A stretch of 64,000 nucleotides of DNA from Thermodesulfovibrionales bacterium (GTDB lineage: Bacteria > Nitrospirota > Thermodesulfovibrionia > Thermodesulfovibrionales > UBA6898): NCBI GenBank assembly GCA_044450345.1, contig JBIOIY010000001.1:183009-247008 (forward strand), in the 5' to 3' direction. The position numbers and the translations under genes were made by a program. The notes under the pieces are model-generated. The model did not search any database, was not told the origin of the DNA, and saw only the letters and a list, made by a program, of their open reading frames with translations. Numbering within the stretch: the first letter of the stretch is position 1; each line of letters starts with the position of its first letter. Shown in pieces: positions 20,342-29,105 of this stretch.

Positions 20342-22123
20342 ATGAAGAACAATGAAGACGTAGCATCCGGACAAGAAAAAGTGTCTCTGAAGAAGTTCTT
20401 CCCTCCCTTGCAATGGTGGCCTATGGTCAGTCGTCGCAGTGTGCGGGCCGACATTATCGCAGGAATAACCGGTGCAATTATAGTTCTTCCGCAGGGAGTG
20501 GCTTTTGCAATTATTGCGGGACTGCCTCCTGAATACGGTCTTTATTCCGCAATAGTTCCTGCAATTATTGCCGCCTTATTTGGGTCATCCCATCACCTCA
20601 TCTCCGGGCCTACTACAGCAATATCGATTGTGATCTTCACATCACTCAGCCCTCTGGCTCCCCCTTCAAGCGCTGAGTATATTCAGATGGCATTGACCCT
20701 GACCTTTCTCGCCGGGTTTTTCCAATTAGCGCTGGGAGTTGCCCGTCTCGGTTCCCTGGTGAATTTCGTTTCTCACTCTGTCGTTGTAGGGTTCACCGCG
20801 GGTGCTTCAATACTCATTGCAACAAGCCAACTAAGCAATATCCTGGGCATCTCAGTACCAAAAAAACACTCTTTCATCCATATTTGGGCAGATATGATAT
20901 CGAGCATGTCCGAGACCAACTTCTATGCCCTTTCCATAGGTCTAAGTACGTTAATTATTGCAGTAGTTTTTAAAATCCTGAAGCCCAGGTGGCCGGGAAT
21001 GCTGATAGCAATGATAGCAGGCAGCGTCATGGCCCTGCTTATGAAGGGTAGCGAGCACGGTATTAGGCTCGTGGGCTCTCTTCCTGCTCATCTTCCGCCC
21101 CTGTCACATCCTTACATTACGACTGCTTCGTTGCGCGAGCTTGCACCTCCTGCCTTGGCTGTTGCCATGCTCGGGCTGGCTGAGGCAGTCTCCATTGCCC
21201 GATCAATAGCAACAAAGACTGAACAGCGCATTGACAGCAATCAGGAATTCATCGGTCAGGGACTCTCCAATATCATTGGGAGCTTCTTTTCGAGCTATGC
21301 CTCATCCGGATCGTTCACCCGCACAGGAGTGAACTATGAAGCGGGGGCCAAGACACCATTGGCCGCTGCCTTTGCCGCGATAACGCTGACAGGCATAGTA
21401 CTGCTCATAGCCCCTCTTACCGCCTATCTCCCGATAGCCTCGATGGCCGGCATCCTGTTTTTGGTCGCGTATAATCTTGTCGACACGCACCATATCGCCT
21501 CGATTGTGAGGACGAGCAAGCCGGAGGCTGGAATACTTATTGCGACATTCCTGTCTACATTATTTGTGGAGCTTGAATTCGCTATCTATGTCGGGGTACT
21601 TCTTTCGCTGCTGCTTTATCTTAACCGCACATCGCATCCGACCTTTGTGACCCTTGCCCCTGACCCTGATACCAGAAAGAAGACTTTCATAAATGTGCTG
21701 AAGAAGCCTCTGCCCGAATGTCCACAACTCAAAATAATCAGGATTGACGGTTCAATATTTTTTGGTGCAGTAAATCATGTGGCAGAACAGTTGGACCAAA
21801 TAACAAAAAAATATCCGGAACAGGCGCATATCCTGATTGTGGGAGGCGGGATAAACTTCATCGATGTCGCGGGATGTCAGACACTTAATCAAGAGGCCCA
21901 TCGTCTGCGTGCTAACGGAAGGCAGTTATATCTCTGTTCGCTCAAAGGCGAGGTAATAGACGTCATGAAACGGGGAAGCTGTAACAAGAACATTGGAGAA
22001 GAAAACGTTTTTCACTCAAAGGTCGAGGCAATAAAAAGTATTGTGCCGAGACTGGACCCTGAAAGATGTCGGCCCTGCAAGGTGCGAATCTTTAACGAAT
22101 GTGCACAGATGCCGGGAGCATGA
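20342..22123 (+). CDS. SulP family anion transporter with STAS domain
   Basis: DIIAG, PQGVAFA, GLYSA, SGPT, NQEFIGQG, SSGSFTR, STAS (FIDVAG), C-terminal CxxC...C. Confidence 0.95.
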   Translation: MKNNEDVASGQEKVSLKKFFPPLQWWPMVSRRSVRADIIAGITGAIIVLPQGVAFAIIAGLPPEYGLYSAIVPAIIAALFGSSHHLISGPTTAISIVIFTSLSPLAPPSSAEYIQMALTLTFLAGFFQLALGVARLGSLVNFVSHSVVVGFTAGASILIATSQLSNILGISVPKKHSFIHIWADMISSMSETNFYALSIGLSTLIIAVVFKILKPRWPGMLIAMIAGSVMALLMKGSEHGIRLVGSLPAHLPPLSHPYITTASLRELAPPALAVAMLGLAEAVSIARSIATKTEQRIDSNQEFIGQGLSNIIGSFFSSYASSGSFTRTGVNYEAGAKTPLAAAFAAITLTGIVLLIAPLTAYLPIASMAGILFLVAYNLVDTHHIASIVRTSKPEAGILIATFLSTLFVELEFAIYVGVLLSLLLYLNRTSHPTFVTLAPDPDTRKKTFINVLKKPLPECPQLKIIRIDGSIFFGAVNHVAEQLDQITKKYPEQAHILIVGGGINFIDVAGCQTLNQEAHRLRANGRQLYLCSLKGEVIDVMKRGSCNKNIGEENVFHSKVEAIKSIVPRLDPERCRPCKVRIFNECAQMPGA

Positions 22124-22153
22124 AATCGACAAGAATCATTCGATTGCGATGCA

Positions 22154-22906
22154 TCACCGTTTTATCCCCTTGAGAACGGCTTTTTTCCCACCAAGCCCGG
22201 GGCACTGCTCTACGGAAAACCCGGCAGCTGCAAGTCCGCGTCTCACCTCTCCGGCAACGGTAAAGGTGGCACAGGAGCCGCCGGTCACTGTTTTTTCCCC
22301 GATTGCCAGAAGAAGTTCATGCCGCCAGATGGAAGGGTTTTTCTTGGGGCCATGCCCATCCAGAAACCATGCGTCACAGGGAATTGCGAGTGCCTGGACC
22401 ATTTCGAGGGCCTCCCCGATCCAGAGATTCAGGGTCAGGATGCCAAATGGCCGGGTGAGTTGTATCTGGTGCCACCCCGGTCTGGAAATATCGACTCGGC
22501 TGTAGGCCCCGACAAGCAGATCAATAAGCGGACCGACCTCTGTCTTAAATCCCCCGAGAATGGACGCCATTCGCTTAAAAGTGACCGGATGCAGTTCAAC
22601 GGAATTATAGATGACTGCTATATCCGTGAAGCCGCAGTTGTCCAGGAAATCGAGAAGGGCGATTAGTAAACGACCCGCGCCGAAGCCTGTTTCACCGATT
22701 CTGAATTCTTTCCCCGCAGGCCCCGTGACAGAAAAGATATCCATGATGCCCGTACCCTGAAAGTAGATGTGCCTCGCTTCTTCAATGGCATCGACTACAT
22801 CGAAATACCGGTCGTCATAATGTTCGTTCAAAAGATAGGGAGGAATCCTCATCTTCAGATCACGCCGGGACAGATCCCGAATTCCGCGGTATGTTGTCTT
22901 GGGCAT
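22154..22906 (-). CDS. MnmD-like (MnmC N-terminal) SAM-dependent methyltransferase
   Basis: YDDRYF, EARHIY, ETGFGAG, DAWFLDG, ATFT, VRRGL, GF; start may be 22852. Confidence 0.8.
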   Translation of the reverse strand: MPKTTYRGIRDLSRRDLKMRIPPYLLNEHYDDRYFDVVDAIEEARHIYFQGTGIMDIFSVTGPAGKEFRIGETGFGAGRLLIALLDFLDNCGFTDIAVIYNSVELHPVTFKRMASILGGFKTEVGPLIDLLVGAYSRVDISRPGWHQIQLTRPFGILTLNLWIGEALEMVQALAIPCDAWFLDGHGPKKNPSIWRHELLLAIGEKTVTGGSCATFTVAGEVRRGLAAAGFSVEQCPGLGGKKAVLKGIKR

Positions 22907-23360
22907 CCATGAAGGAGCTGGTTTTGCCGGCGGAGAAGACCGGTGTTACTATTTTGTAAGCCATGAGCCATTGTAACATGGGATGGGATATCAAAGAGAT
23001 ATAGCTTCGCAGCATGCAACGATGCTTCCGATAACGCATGGGATAAGAATATTCAGAACCCGGTAAATTTCATCTATTCCTGGTCCTCAAAAATCAGGAC
23101 GATCATGCAGAGTTACGGTCTGGCCGGAACGTTGCAATTAATAAAAGAAGTCCTTAAACGTAAACAGGACTGAATTATCGGAAGGCGTATGACAGAAAGT
23201 GTCCTCTTTGAAAATTCCAGGTCGGGACAGAGATAAATAAGCTCTTCGCCGACAGCTGAACGCCCTCTCGATCCCGGATGTTTGCGGCACCACAAGAGAC
23301 CGCATGTTTGAAAGTTCTTTTCAAAACAGTGTAGAGTAAACAAAGGCCGATTGAGTTAAG

Positions 23361-24383
23361 ATGAATGAACCTTACGATGCATGCAAATTAGACTCAACGA
23401 AATGTCTTGAGCCATTCCCCGTACAATATTCGACACTTTTGTCCTGCGCCCTGCAGGACAAGATATTAACAAAGTATCATTTCAATGGGTTGCCCCTCTG
23501 CGAATTTTTATACAGGGGCATGAATGATAGTTATTTGGTAAAGGATCTGTCCTCACAGTATATTTTTAAGGTCTATCGGCATGCATGGAGAAGTCTCGTC
23601 GATGTCGAAAGTGAAATCGAACTGCTCCAATACCTCAAATCAAATGGGGTCTCCGTATCATTTCCCATTGCGGACACACAAGGCAATGCAATTCAAACGA
23701 TATGCGCTCCCGAGGGGGAGCGGTATGCGGCGTTGTTTTCCTATGCGGAGGGCAGCTCTCTTATGGCTGACATGACTATGGAACAAAGCCGTATTACGGG
23801 GAAAGAGTTCGCAAAAATCCATATGCTGACGGCGAACAGACAGCTGAAAAATCAGCGGTCCCAACTTGGCCTCACCGCCTTGCTGGATAGTTCATCCTTT
23901 ATGATCGAACCATTTATTGACGACAGGAACAATGATCTGACGAATTTGAGGGAAGTTATCATGAGGTTAAAGGAGAAGTTCGCGTCGGTTGCGTTAGATG
24001 AGCTGGACTACGGGATCTGTCATGGTGACTTTCATCCTGCGAATTATCATATTTCGGAACGGAATGAAATTACGATATATGATTTCGACTCCTGCTGCGT
24101 CGGTTACTTTGCGTATGATATCGCCACGTTTTATTACTGGATTGTCCGCACTTATAGAAATGCAAAAAAGATAATGGGTTCCTTTCTAAAAGGGTATCAG
24201 GAAATACGAAAACTGAGTGAACTGGAGATCGAGTTGATGCCTTACTTCGGCGCTGCAAGTTTCATCTGGATGATTGGAATGCAATGCTCAAACTGCGAGA
24301 TCTTCAGTTATTTTGTGAGGAACAATATAAAAAATAATACCATCGGGAACCTAAAAAAGTTTGTTGATGAGCACTGTTGCTGA
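23361..24383 (+). CDS. Phosphotransferase, homoserine kinase type II / APH family
   Basis: NDSY, FKVYR, CHGDFHPAN, YDFD, YDIA. Confidence 0.85.
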   Translation: MNEPYDACKLDSTKCLEPFPVQYSTLLSCALQDKILTKYHFNGLPLCEFLYRGMNDSYLVKDLSSQYIFKVYRHAWRSLVDVESEIELLQYLKSNGVSVSFPIADTQGNAIQTICAPEGERYAALFSYAEGSSLMADMTMEQSRITGKEFAKIHMLTANRQLKNQRSQLGLTALLDSSSFMIEPFIDDRNNDLTNLREVIMRLKEKFASVALDELDYGICHGDFHPANYHISERNEITIYDFDSCCVGYFAYDIATFYYWIVRTYRNAKKIMGSFLKGYQEIRKLSELEIELMPYFGAASFIWMIGMQCSNCEIFSYFVRNNIKNNTIGNLKKFVDEHCC

Positions 24384-24456
24384 AATATGCTTATGTGTAC
24401 CCTTGTCCCATCCCCGAGGGACACAGCAGATACCACTTCACGAAACACGCGGTCCC

Positions 24457-24509
24457 CACGCGGGAAAATATTGTCAATCCCTGCCCGTATATCGCAATCT
24501 GCCTTCAAC
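24457..24509. repeat. 53-bp direct repeat, copy 2
   Basis: 51/53 identical to 19518-19570. Confidence 0.9.
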
Positions 24510-24582
24510 CTTTGGGAGAGGGCTTTTGGCGCAGACCGGGAAACTATTCAAGTCGCAGGCCGCAGAAGCATTATTGGCTTTT

Positions 24583-25374
24583 TTATCTCACCGGGCATGA
24601 AATCGCTGCCTTGCGGCCGCAGACGACGGAAGTCAATGTTTCGTTTGCCCTTTGGGAAAGCCCGAAACCCTCTATCTCCTCTTTGAGGGAATCGCACGAG
24701 CCGTATCCGCCGAGGTAACCGTTGACACGTGTGACGGCCGTAGAATTGATAAGCCTCTTCATATCAGGAAACATTGCCCCGAATTCCCTCATTATTTCGG
24801 GATATGCTCTAAGACTGTGCTTTTGATGGTAATCCTCGGCAAGATGGAATCCCGAATACGGTTCTATCTTAGTAGCAATCCTCCGCTTTGTTTCAGAATC
24901 AAGCCGGTCTCTCGTTTCGATGGCAACCTTCCTCTGCAGTTCGTTGTGATAAAATATGGCCTGCCTGTATTGGCGGGACCAGGAAGCTCTTGTCGGATCG
25001 TAGCTCTTCCAAAAAATTTCCAACAACTCCCTGTATGACATACGAGAGGGATCAAAATCAATTTGAACCGCCTCAGAATGGTCTCCAAGGTCTTGATAAG
25101 TGGGACCCTTCGTACTTCCGCCGGCGTATCCCACCCGGGTCCGGATAACCCCCGGCAAACTCCCAAACTGGGAGTCAGGCCCCCAGAATCAGCCAAGGGC
25201 GAAGGTCGCTGTCTCGAATGTATTGGAATGAGGCATGTCTGAAGGCGGCATGCCGATGCCGGCCTCAGAATCTTTATGTGACGGAAACATGCTTTTTCCT
25301 CCCTTAAGAAAGACTATGGTAACTATAGTTATTGCCAACCCCAAAAACACCACAGGGACAAAACGCGATCTCAT
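24583..25374 (-). CDS. msrA: Selenocysteine-containing peptide methionine sulfoxide reductase A, N-terminal membrane anchor/signal
   Basis: Two track ORFs join in frame through TGA 25189-25191 giving TATFALG-U-FWGPDSQFGSLPGVIRTRVGYAGG; TGA sits at the catalytic Cys of GCFWG; also HSEAV, QYR, AEDYHQK. Confidence 0.92.
25159..25175 (-). promoter_or_regulatory. Bacterial SECIS-like hairpin of msrA
   Basis: mRNA ACUCCCA-GUU-UGGGAGU, loop starts with G, 20 nt after the UGA. Confidence 0.75.
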
Positions 25375-25480
25375 GATGAATGCTATCTTATGTTAATGAA
25401 GAAATTGTGAAAATGGACGGTAGTGTCCAAGGACACTACCAAATAAACAACTTTTCGGCATGTTGTACGGGTCTTACTTT

Positions 25481-25515
25481 ACCCCGTTAGAAGATCGAAG
25501 GTCCTCTAACAGGGT
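25481..25515. repeat. ACCCCGTTAG...CTAACAGGGT short palindromic element
   Basis: 10-bp inverted arms with one mismatch; degenerate relatives near 18893-18940 and 26639-26672. Confidence 0.6.
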
Positions 25516-25607
25516 TTAAAACGCGGAACCCAAGATGTGTTACAGCCGGGTGTCTCCTCCGTGCTCCAATATACCTGAATAACGCCGATCACCCCCGATG
25601 CGACTTC

Positions 25608-25723
25608 TTAAATGGATAGCGAGCGATATTCCCCGTTGTCTTGACACGGGGTTAGCGAGCGAATTTGACAAGGAATTTACCTTGCATTGAGATTCCCTGC
25701 GGTCTTGCCGGAGGGCGTCTTCA
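25608..25723. mobile_element. Palindromic miniature element, copy 2 (supplies the C-terminus and stop of the adjacent CDS)
   Basis: Aligns end to end with 15751-15864 (roughly 80% identity by eye); no flanking duplication seen. Confidence 0.7.
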
Positions 25724-26573
25724 AATACTGATAGAGAGCGGAGAAATCCTTCTCTCCGAGTCCGCTGCGGACGGCGAGGGCAACCGACTCCTTAATAGCA
25801 TGCATGGTGGGCATCGGGACCCCGCATTCATAGGCCGTAACCGACGCAAGCTGCAGGTCCTTATGCATCCATTTGAGTGGGAACTGGGGCTCGTAGATCC
25901 CGGACTCGATCAGGGGCCTCTTAAGGGCAAGAAAAGGAGCGGTCACTGGAGATTTGAGGAGGGTATCGAAGAGAGCTTCACGGGAAATGCCGAGGGACTC
26001 CCCGAGCACCATCGCCTCGGAGAAAGCAGCCATGGCGCCGGCAAGGAGAATGTTGTTCGCCATCTTCATGGCCGTGCCCATTCCGTTTTCGCCGATGTGG
26101 AAGACCGCCTTGCCCATGGCTTCCAAAAGGGGCATCGAGAATTCGACATCTTTCTTATCTCCGCCCACGAAAAAGAGGAGCTGCGCATCCTCCGCCGGTA
26201 TCTTCGAGCCCGCAACCGGCGCGTCTAAGAAACGCACATATCTTTTCTTGCATTCATCGGCCATTTTTATGGAAAAGGATGGATTAACGGTACTGCAGTC
26301 GATCCATAGAGAGCCTTTCGGCAAGTGATCGAGAAAACCTTCCTTGCCAAGGGCGACCCCGGTCACAGCAGCCGGTTCGGAGAGCATAGTGATTACAACC
26401 GATACGCTTTCTGCAACCTTAGCAGGGGTTTCGGCAAAGACCGCACCCCGGGCGATAAGTGGCGCTGTCTTATCCTTTGTCCTGTTAGAGACGATAAGTT
26501 CGTGGCCCTTCTTAAGCAGATTGCCTGCCATGCGACTCCCCATGATGCCCAGACCGATAAATCCGACTTTCAT
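25677..26573 (-). CDS. NAD(P)-dependent oxidoreductase, 3-hydroxyisobutyrate dehydrogenase family
   Basis: GFIGLGIMG, IDCSTV, FLDAPVAG, KMANN, KDL. Confidence 0.92.
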   Translation of the reverse strand: MKVGFIGLGIMGSRMAGNLLKKGHELIVSNRTKDKTAPLIARGAVFAETPAKVAESVSVVITMLSEPAAVTGVALGKEGFLDHLPKGSLWIDCSTVNPSFSIKMADECKKRYVRFLDAPVAGSKIPAEDAQLLFFVGGDKKDVEFSMPLLEAMGKAVFHIGENGMGTAMKMANNILLAGAMAAFSEAMVLGESLGISREALFDTLLKSPVTAPFLALKRPLIESGIYEPQFPLKWMHKDLQLASVTAYECGVPMPTMHAIKESVALAVRSGLGEKDFSALYQYLKTPSGKTAGNLNAR

Positions 26574-26821
26574 ATGCCCTCCTTTTTTAATCTTGATTGC
26601 CTGTTTTCACCCTATCTCAAAATACTTATAAATGATTTTATCCGTTAGAAGGGCGAAGGTCCCCAATGGGGCGGGGATCTCGTCTGAATGCTGCGGGAGA
26701 AGGCGGTTTCGAATCAGTAATAGTCCAGCTAAACAGCCAGCTCTCGGCAAGGAACGACTTCTCGGAAACTATTCAAGTGAGATATGCCGAAAGATGGCGG
26801 GCCAGAATGGCCTCCCGCAGA

Positions 26822-27007
26822 CTACCTGGCGATCTTCTTTTTGACCGCCTTTACCACAGAGGAGGTCTTTTTCGCAACGGTCTTTTTGACGGCTGTGGCC
26901 TTCTTTACCACCTTCTTCGCCACTTTTTGCTCAATCTTCGTCGCCTTCTTTACGGCCTTCTTCACCGCTTTTTGCACTGTCTTCTTCACCGTCTTCTTCC
27001 CGAACAT
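26822..27007 (-). CDS. Small Lys/Ala/Val-rich basic protein (histone H1-like)
   Basis: GAGGAGGAG RBS; repeated KK(A/T)V units over 61 aa. Confidence 0.75.
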   Translation of the reverse strand: MFGKKTVKKTVQKAVKKAVKKATKIEQKVAKKVVKKATAVKKTVAKKTSSVVKAVKKKIAR

Positions 27008-27146
27008 GTCTCCTCCTCAAAAGATCTATTTTTTCCGGATGCCCAAGCACCTGTCCGAATGCTATCAGGTATCGTCCGGGATGTCAATTCCGGCCGCAAG
27101 GGATCAACCGAATCCGGCTACCGAAACAGGTAAATTCAGCGACCCG

Positions 27147-28361
27147 TCATATACGACCAGTATCCTCACTCGAAACCTCCAGGGCGGTTTTTAGAATATA
27201 TCGCAATTTCCTTTCATTGACTATTCCCTGCAGCATCTTCACAATGATTATGACGCTCAATCCGCATGCAGCGCCGAGCATCAGGTAGCCTGAGTAGTCG
27301 TTCCAGGCCTTTTCCATCGTAAAGGCGGATTGCACCACGTCGGACTGCTGCGCTATCCATGTTTTCACGGCCGGTTTATTTAGTGCAATCCAGTCTCTTA
27401 TCGCCGTCTTGCCGGTCAGCCCGGTTGTTGATCTGACCCACGCATTCAGCGCCGGCTCATAGGCATATCTGTAATCCGAGGAGATTTGTTTGAAGATGAC
27501 GGAAACACCCGACAGCAGCATCGTGACGGAAAAATAGAGGCGAATGATGAGCCCTTTCACATATTTTGTCGCGAGTGTTCCGCACTGGGCGCCTATTGCG
27601 GCACCCGAAAGCATGACAATTGCGGCGACGATCTCCACCCTTGCCTTTGCTGCATAAGTAAATGCGCCGTATGATCCGGTAATCATGACCTCAAAGAGAT
27701 CTGTGCCTACGGCTATCGTTGTCGGGCAGCCGATGATATACATGAGTGCCGGCATTCTTATGAAACCCCCTCCGACGCCGAGGAAGCCGGCAAAAAAGCC
27801 CGTAAATAATGCGACCGAACCTATGACCCAAAGTGATATCGTGATTCCCGATGTCCTCAGAGTGATCATGGGAGCCAGATGGATACCCTGCAGTTTCCTG
27901 GCGAGCTTCGACATGGCCGGGTCTTTCAAACTATGTCCGGAGGAATGCCTTGTGAGTGTGTAGTACTCATAGAGCATGAACAGGCCTACACCAAAAAGAA
28001 AGAATATATAGACTATTCTCACCACAGGACCGACCCTGCCGATTTGCTCGAGCCACATGATCGTCCTTGCCCCGAACTCTATTCCGAAGGCCGTGAAAAT
28101 GACCATGATGAGGCCGAGTCTCATATCGACATTGCCCAGTTTTCTGTGTTTGACGGTTGCAACAATGGACTTGCCTGCAACGTGCGCCATGTCGGTCCCT
28201 ATCGCATATGCCATGGGAAAACCGAAAACGTTCAGGGCGGGGGTGACCATGAAAGCGCCGCCTATGCCGAAGAATCCCCCGATCACTCCGACGGTGAATC
28301 CGAGGAGCACAAGCTTCCACGCCATTATCTCAACGCCGGCTATGGGGAGATATATTTCCAT
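27147..28361 (-). CDS. TauE/SafE family sulfite exporter
   Basis: MEIYLPIAG, GFFGIGG, AIGTD, GFLGVGGG, AVGTDL. Confidence 0.9.
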   Translation of the reverse strand: MEIYLPIAGVEIMAWKLVLLGFTVGVIGGFFGIGGAFMVTPALNVFGFPMAYAIGTDMAHVAGKSIVATVKHRKLGNVDMRLGLIMVIFTAFGIEFGARTIMWLEQIGRVGPVVRIVYIFFLFGVGLFMLYEYYTLTRHSSGHSLKDPAMSKLARKLQGIHLAPMITLRTSGITISLWVIGSVALFTGFFAGFLGVGGGFIRMPALMYIIGCPTTIAVGTDLFEVMITGSYGAFTYAAKARVEIVAAIVMLSGAAIGAQCGTLATKYVKGLIIRLYFSVTMLLSGVSVIFKQISSDYRYAYEPALNAWVRSTTGLTGKTAIRDWIALNKPAVKTWIAQQSDVVQSAFTMEKAWNDYSGYLMLGAACGLSVIIIVKMLQGIVNERKLRYILKTALEVSSEDTGRI

Positions 28362-28417
28362 TCTTTACTCTCCTTTTCTATCTATAGAGTTTGTCCCCGT
28401 GAAGTTGTTGCCCGCTC

Positions 28418-28588
28418 TTACGGATGAATTTCGGGCTTGTCTGCCCTGATCCCGATGAGCGCAAAAATAAGCTCGATCACGCCGGCAATGAACCCGCCCA
28501 GACCAACCATGGTCAGGACTGTGAGGACCGCAAATCCTGTGTGATGGGACCTGTTGAGTTCTACTATCCAGTTGATGAGCTGTTCCAT
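28418..28588 (-). CDS. Small membrane protein associated with TauE (not in ORF track)
   Basis: GGAGGAG RBS; MEQLINWIVELNRSHHTGFAVLTVLTMVGLGGFIAGVIELIFALIGIRADKPEIHP (56 aa). Confidence 0.7.
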   Translation of the reverse strand: MEQLINWIVELNRSHHTGFAVLTVLTMVGLGGFIAGVIELIFALIGIRADKPEIHP

Positions 28589-28654
28589 TTTTGTCAATCT
28601 CCTCCGGAGGTACTCTTTCCCTTGACGACAGACTTTCTCCCTTCTGCTTATCTC

Positions 28655-28825
28655 TTACCTTATGTCCGGCCCGGAAACCCTGTTTATTTTTCGGGACGAC
28701 TGTATTTCGCGCTTCCGTTGTCCTGTCTTCTCCCTAAGAAATTCCCTTGCGGTCTCAAATTCTCCAGCCTCGGCAAAGGCGGCTGCCATAAAGATTCTCT
28801 GCCACTTTTCAGTGAAGCCCTTCAT
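28655..28825 (-). CDS. Small protein with AAAFAEAGE motif (not in ORF track)
   Basis: AAGGAGG RBS; MKGFTEKWQRIFMAAAFAEAGEFETAREFLREK... (56 aa); motif familiar from sigma54/TauE operons of sulfate reducers. Confidence 0.75.
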   Translation of the reverse strand: MKGFTEKWQRIFMAAAFAEAGEFETAREFLREKTGQRKREIQSSRKINRVSGPDIR

Positions 28826-28875
28826 ATTGTCTTCCTCCTTCCAGGTTACAAGTATCCCAACATCTCCCTATTATT

Positions 28876-28891
28876 AACAATATCGGTGCCA
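28876..28891 (-). promoter_or_regulatory. Sigma54 -24/-12 promoter (near consensus)
   Basis: TGGCAC-CGATA-TTGTT, 50 nt upstream of the 28825 start; -12 reads GT rather than GC. Confidence 0.55.
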
Positions 28892-28946
28892 CTCAAAAAA
28901 CTTTTTTAAAATCAAGGCGATAGCCGCATCTCCTCAAAATGGATCC

Positions 28947-29091
28947 GCAAGAAAAACTTGCATAGGACATCAGCCGCGGGAGAAAGTATCGAAAGGGAGA
29001 GCAGAAAATACCCTGTTTCTACAGGGGTATGAGGAAGCGGTGACCCTTCCCAGGTTTTGTCATGATTCTTTGCATGCAATAAAAACTTGCA
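28947..29091. promoter_or_regulatory. Candidate enhancer-binding-protein sites
   Basis: GCAAG-AAAAA-CTTGC (28947-28961) and TGCAA-TAAAAAC-TTGCA (29075-29091). Confidence 0.55.
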
Positions 29092-29105
29092 TTTCGAGGA
29101 GCGGT

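Noticed and set aside
26822..27007. Repetitive DNA as CRISPR or tandem repeat array
   Set aside because: Periodicity follows Lys/Ala/Val codons; no constant repeat with unique spacers.
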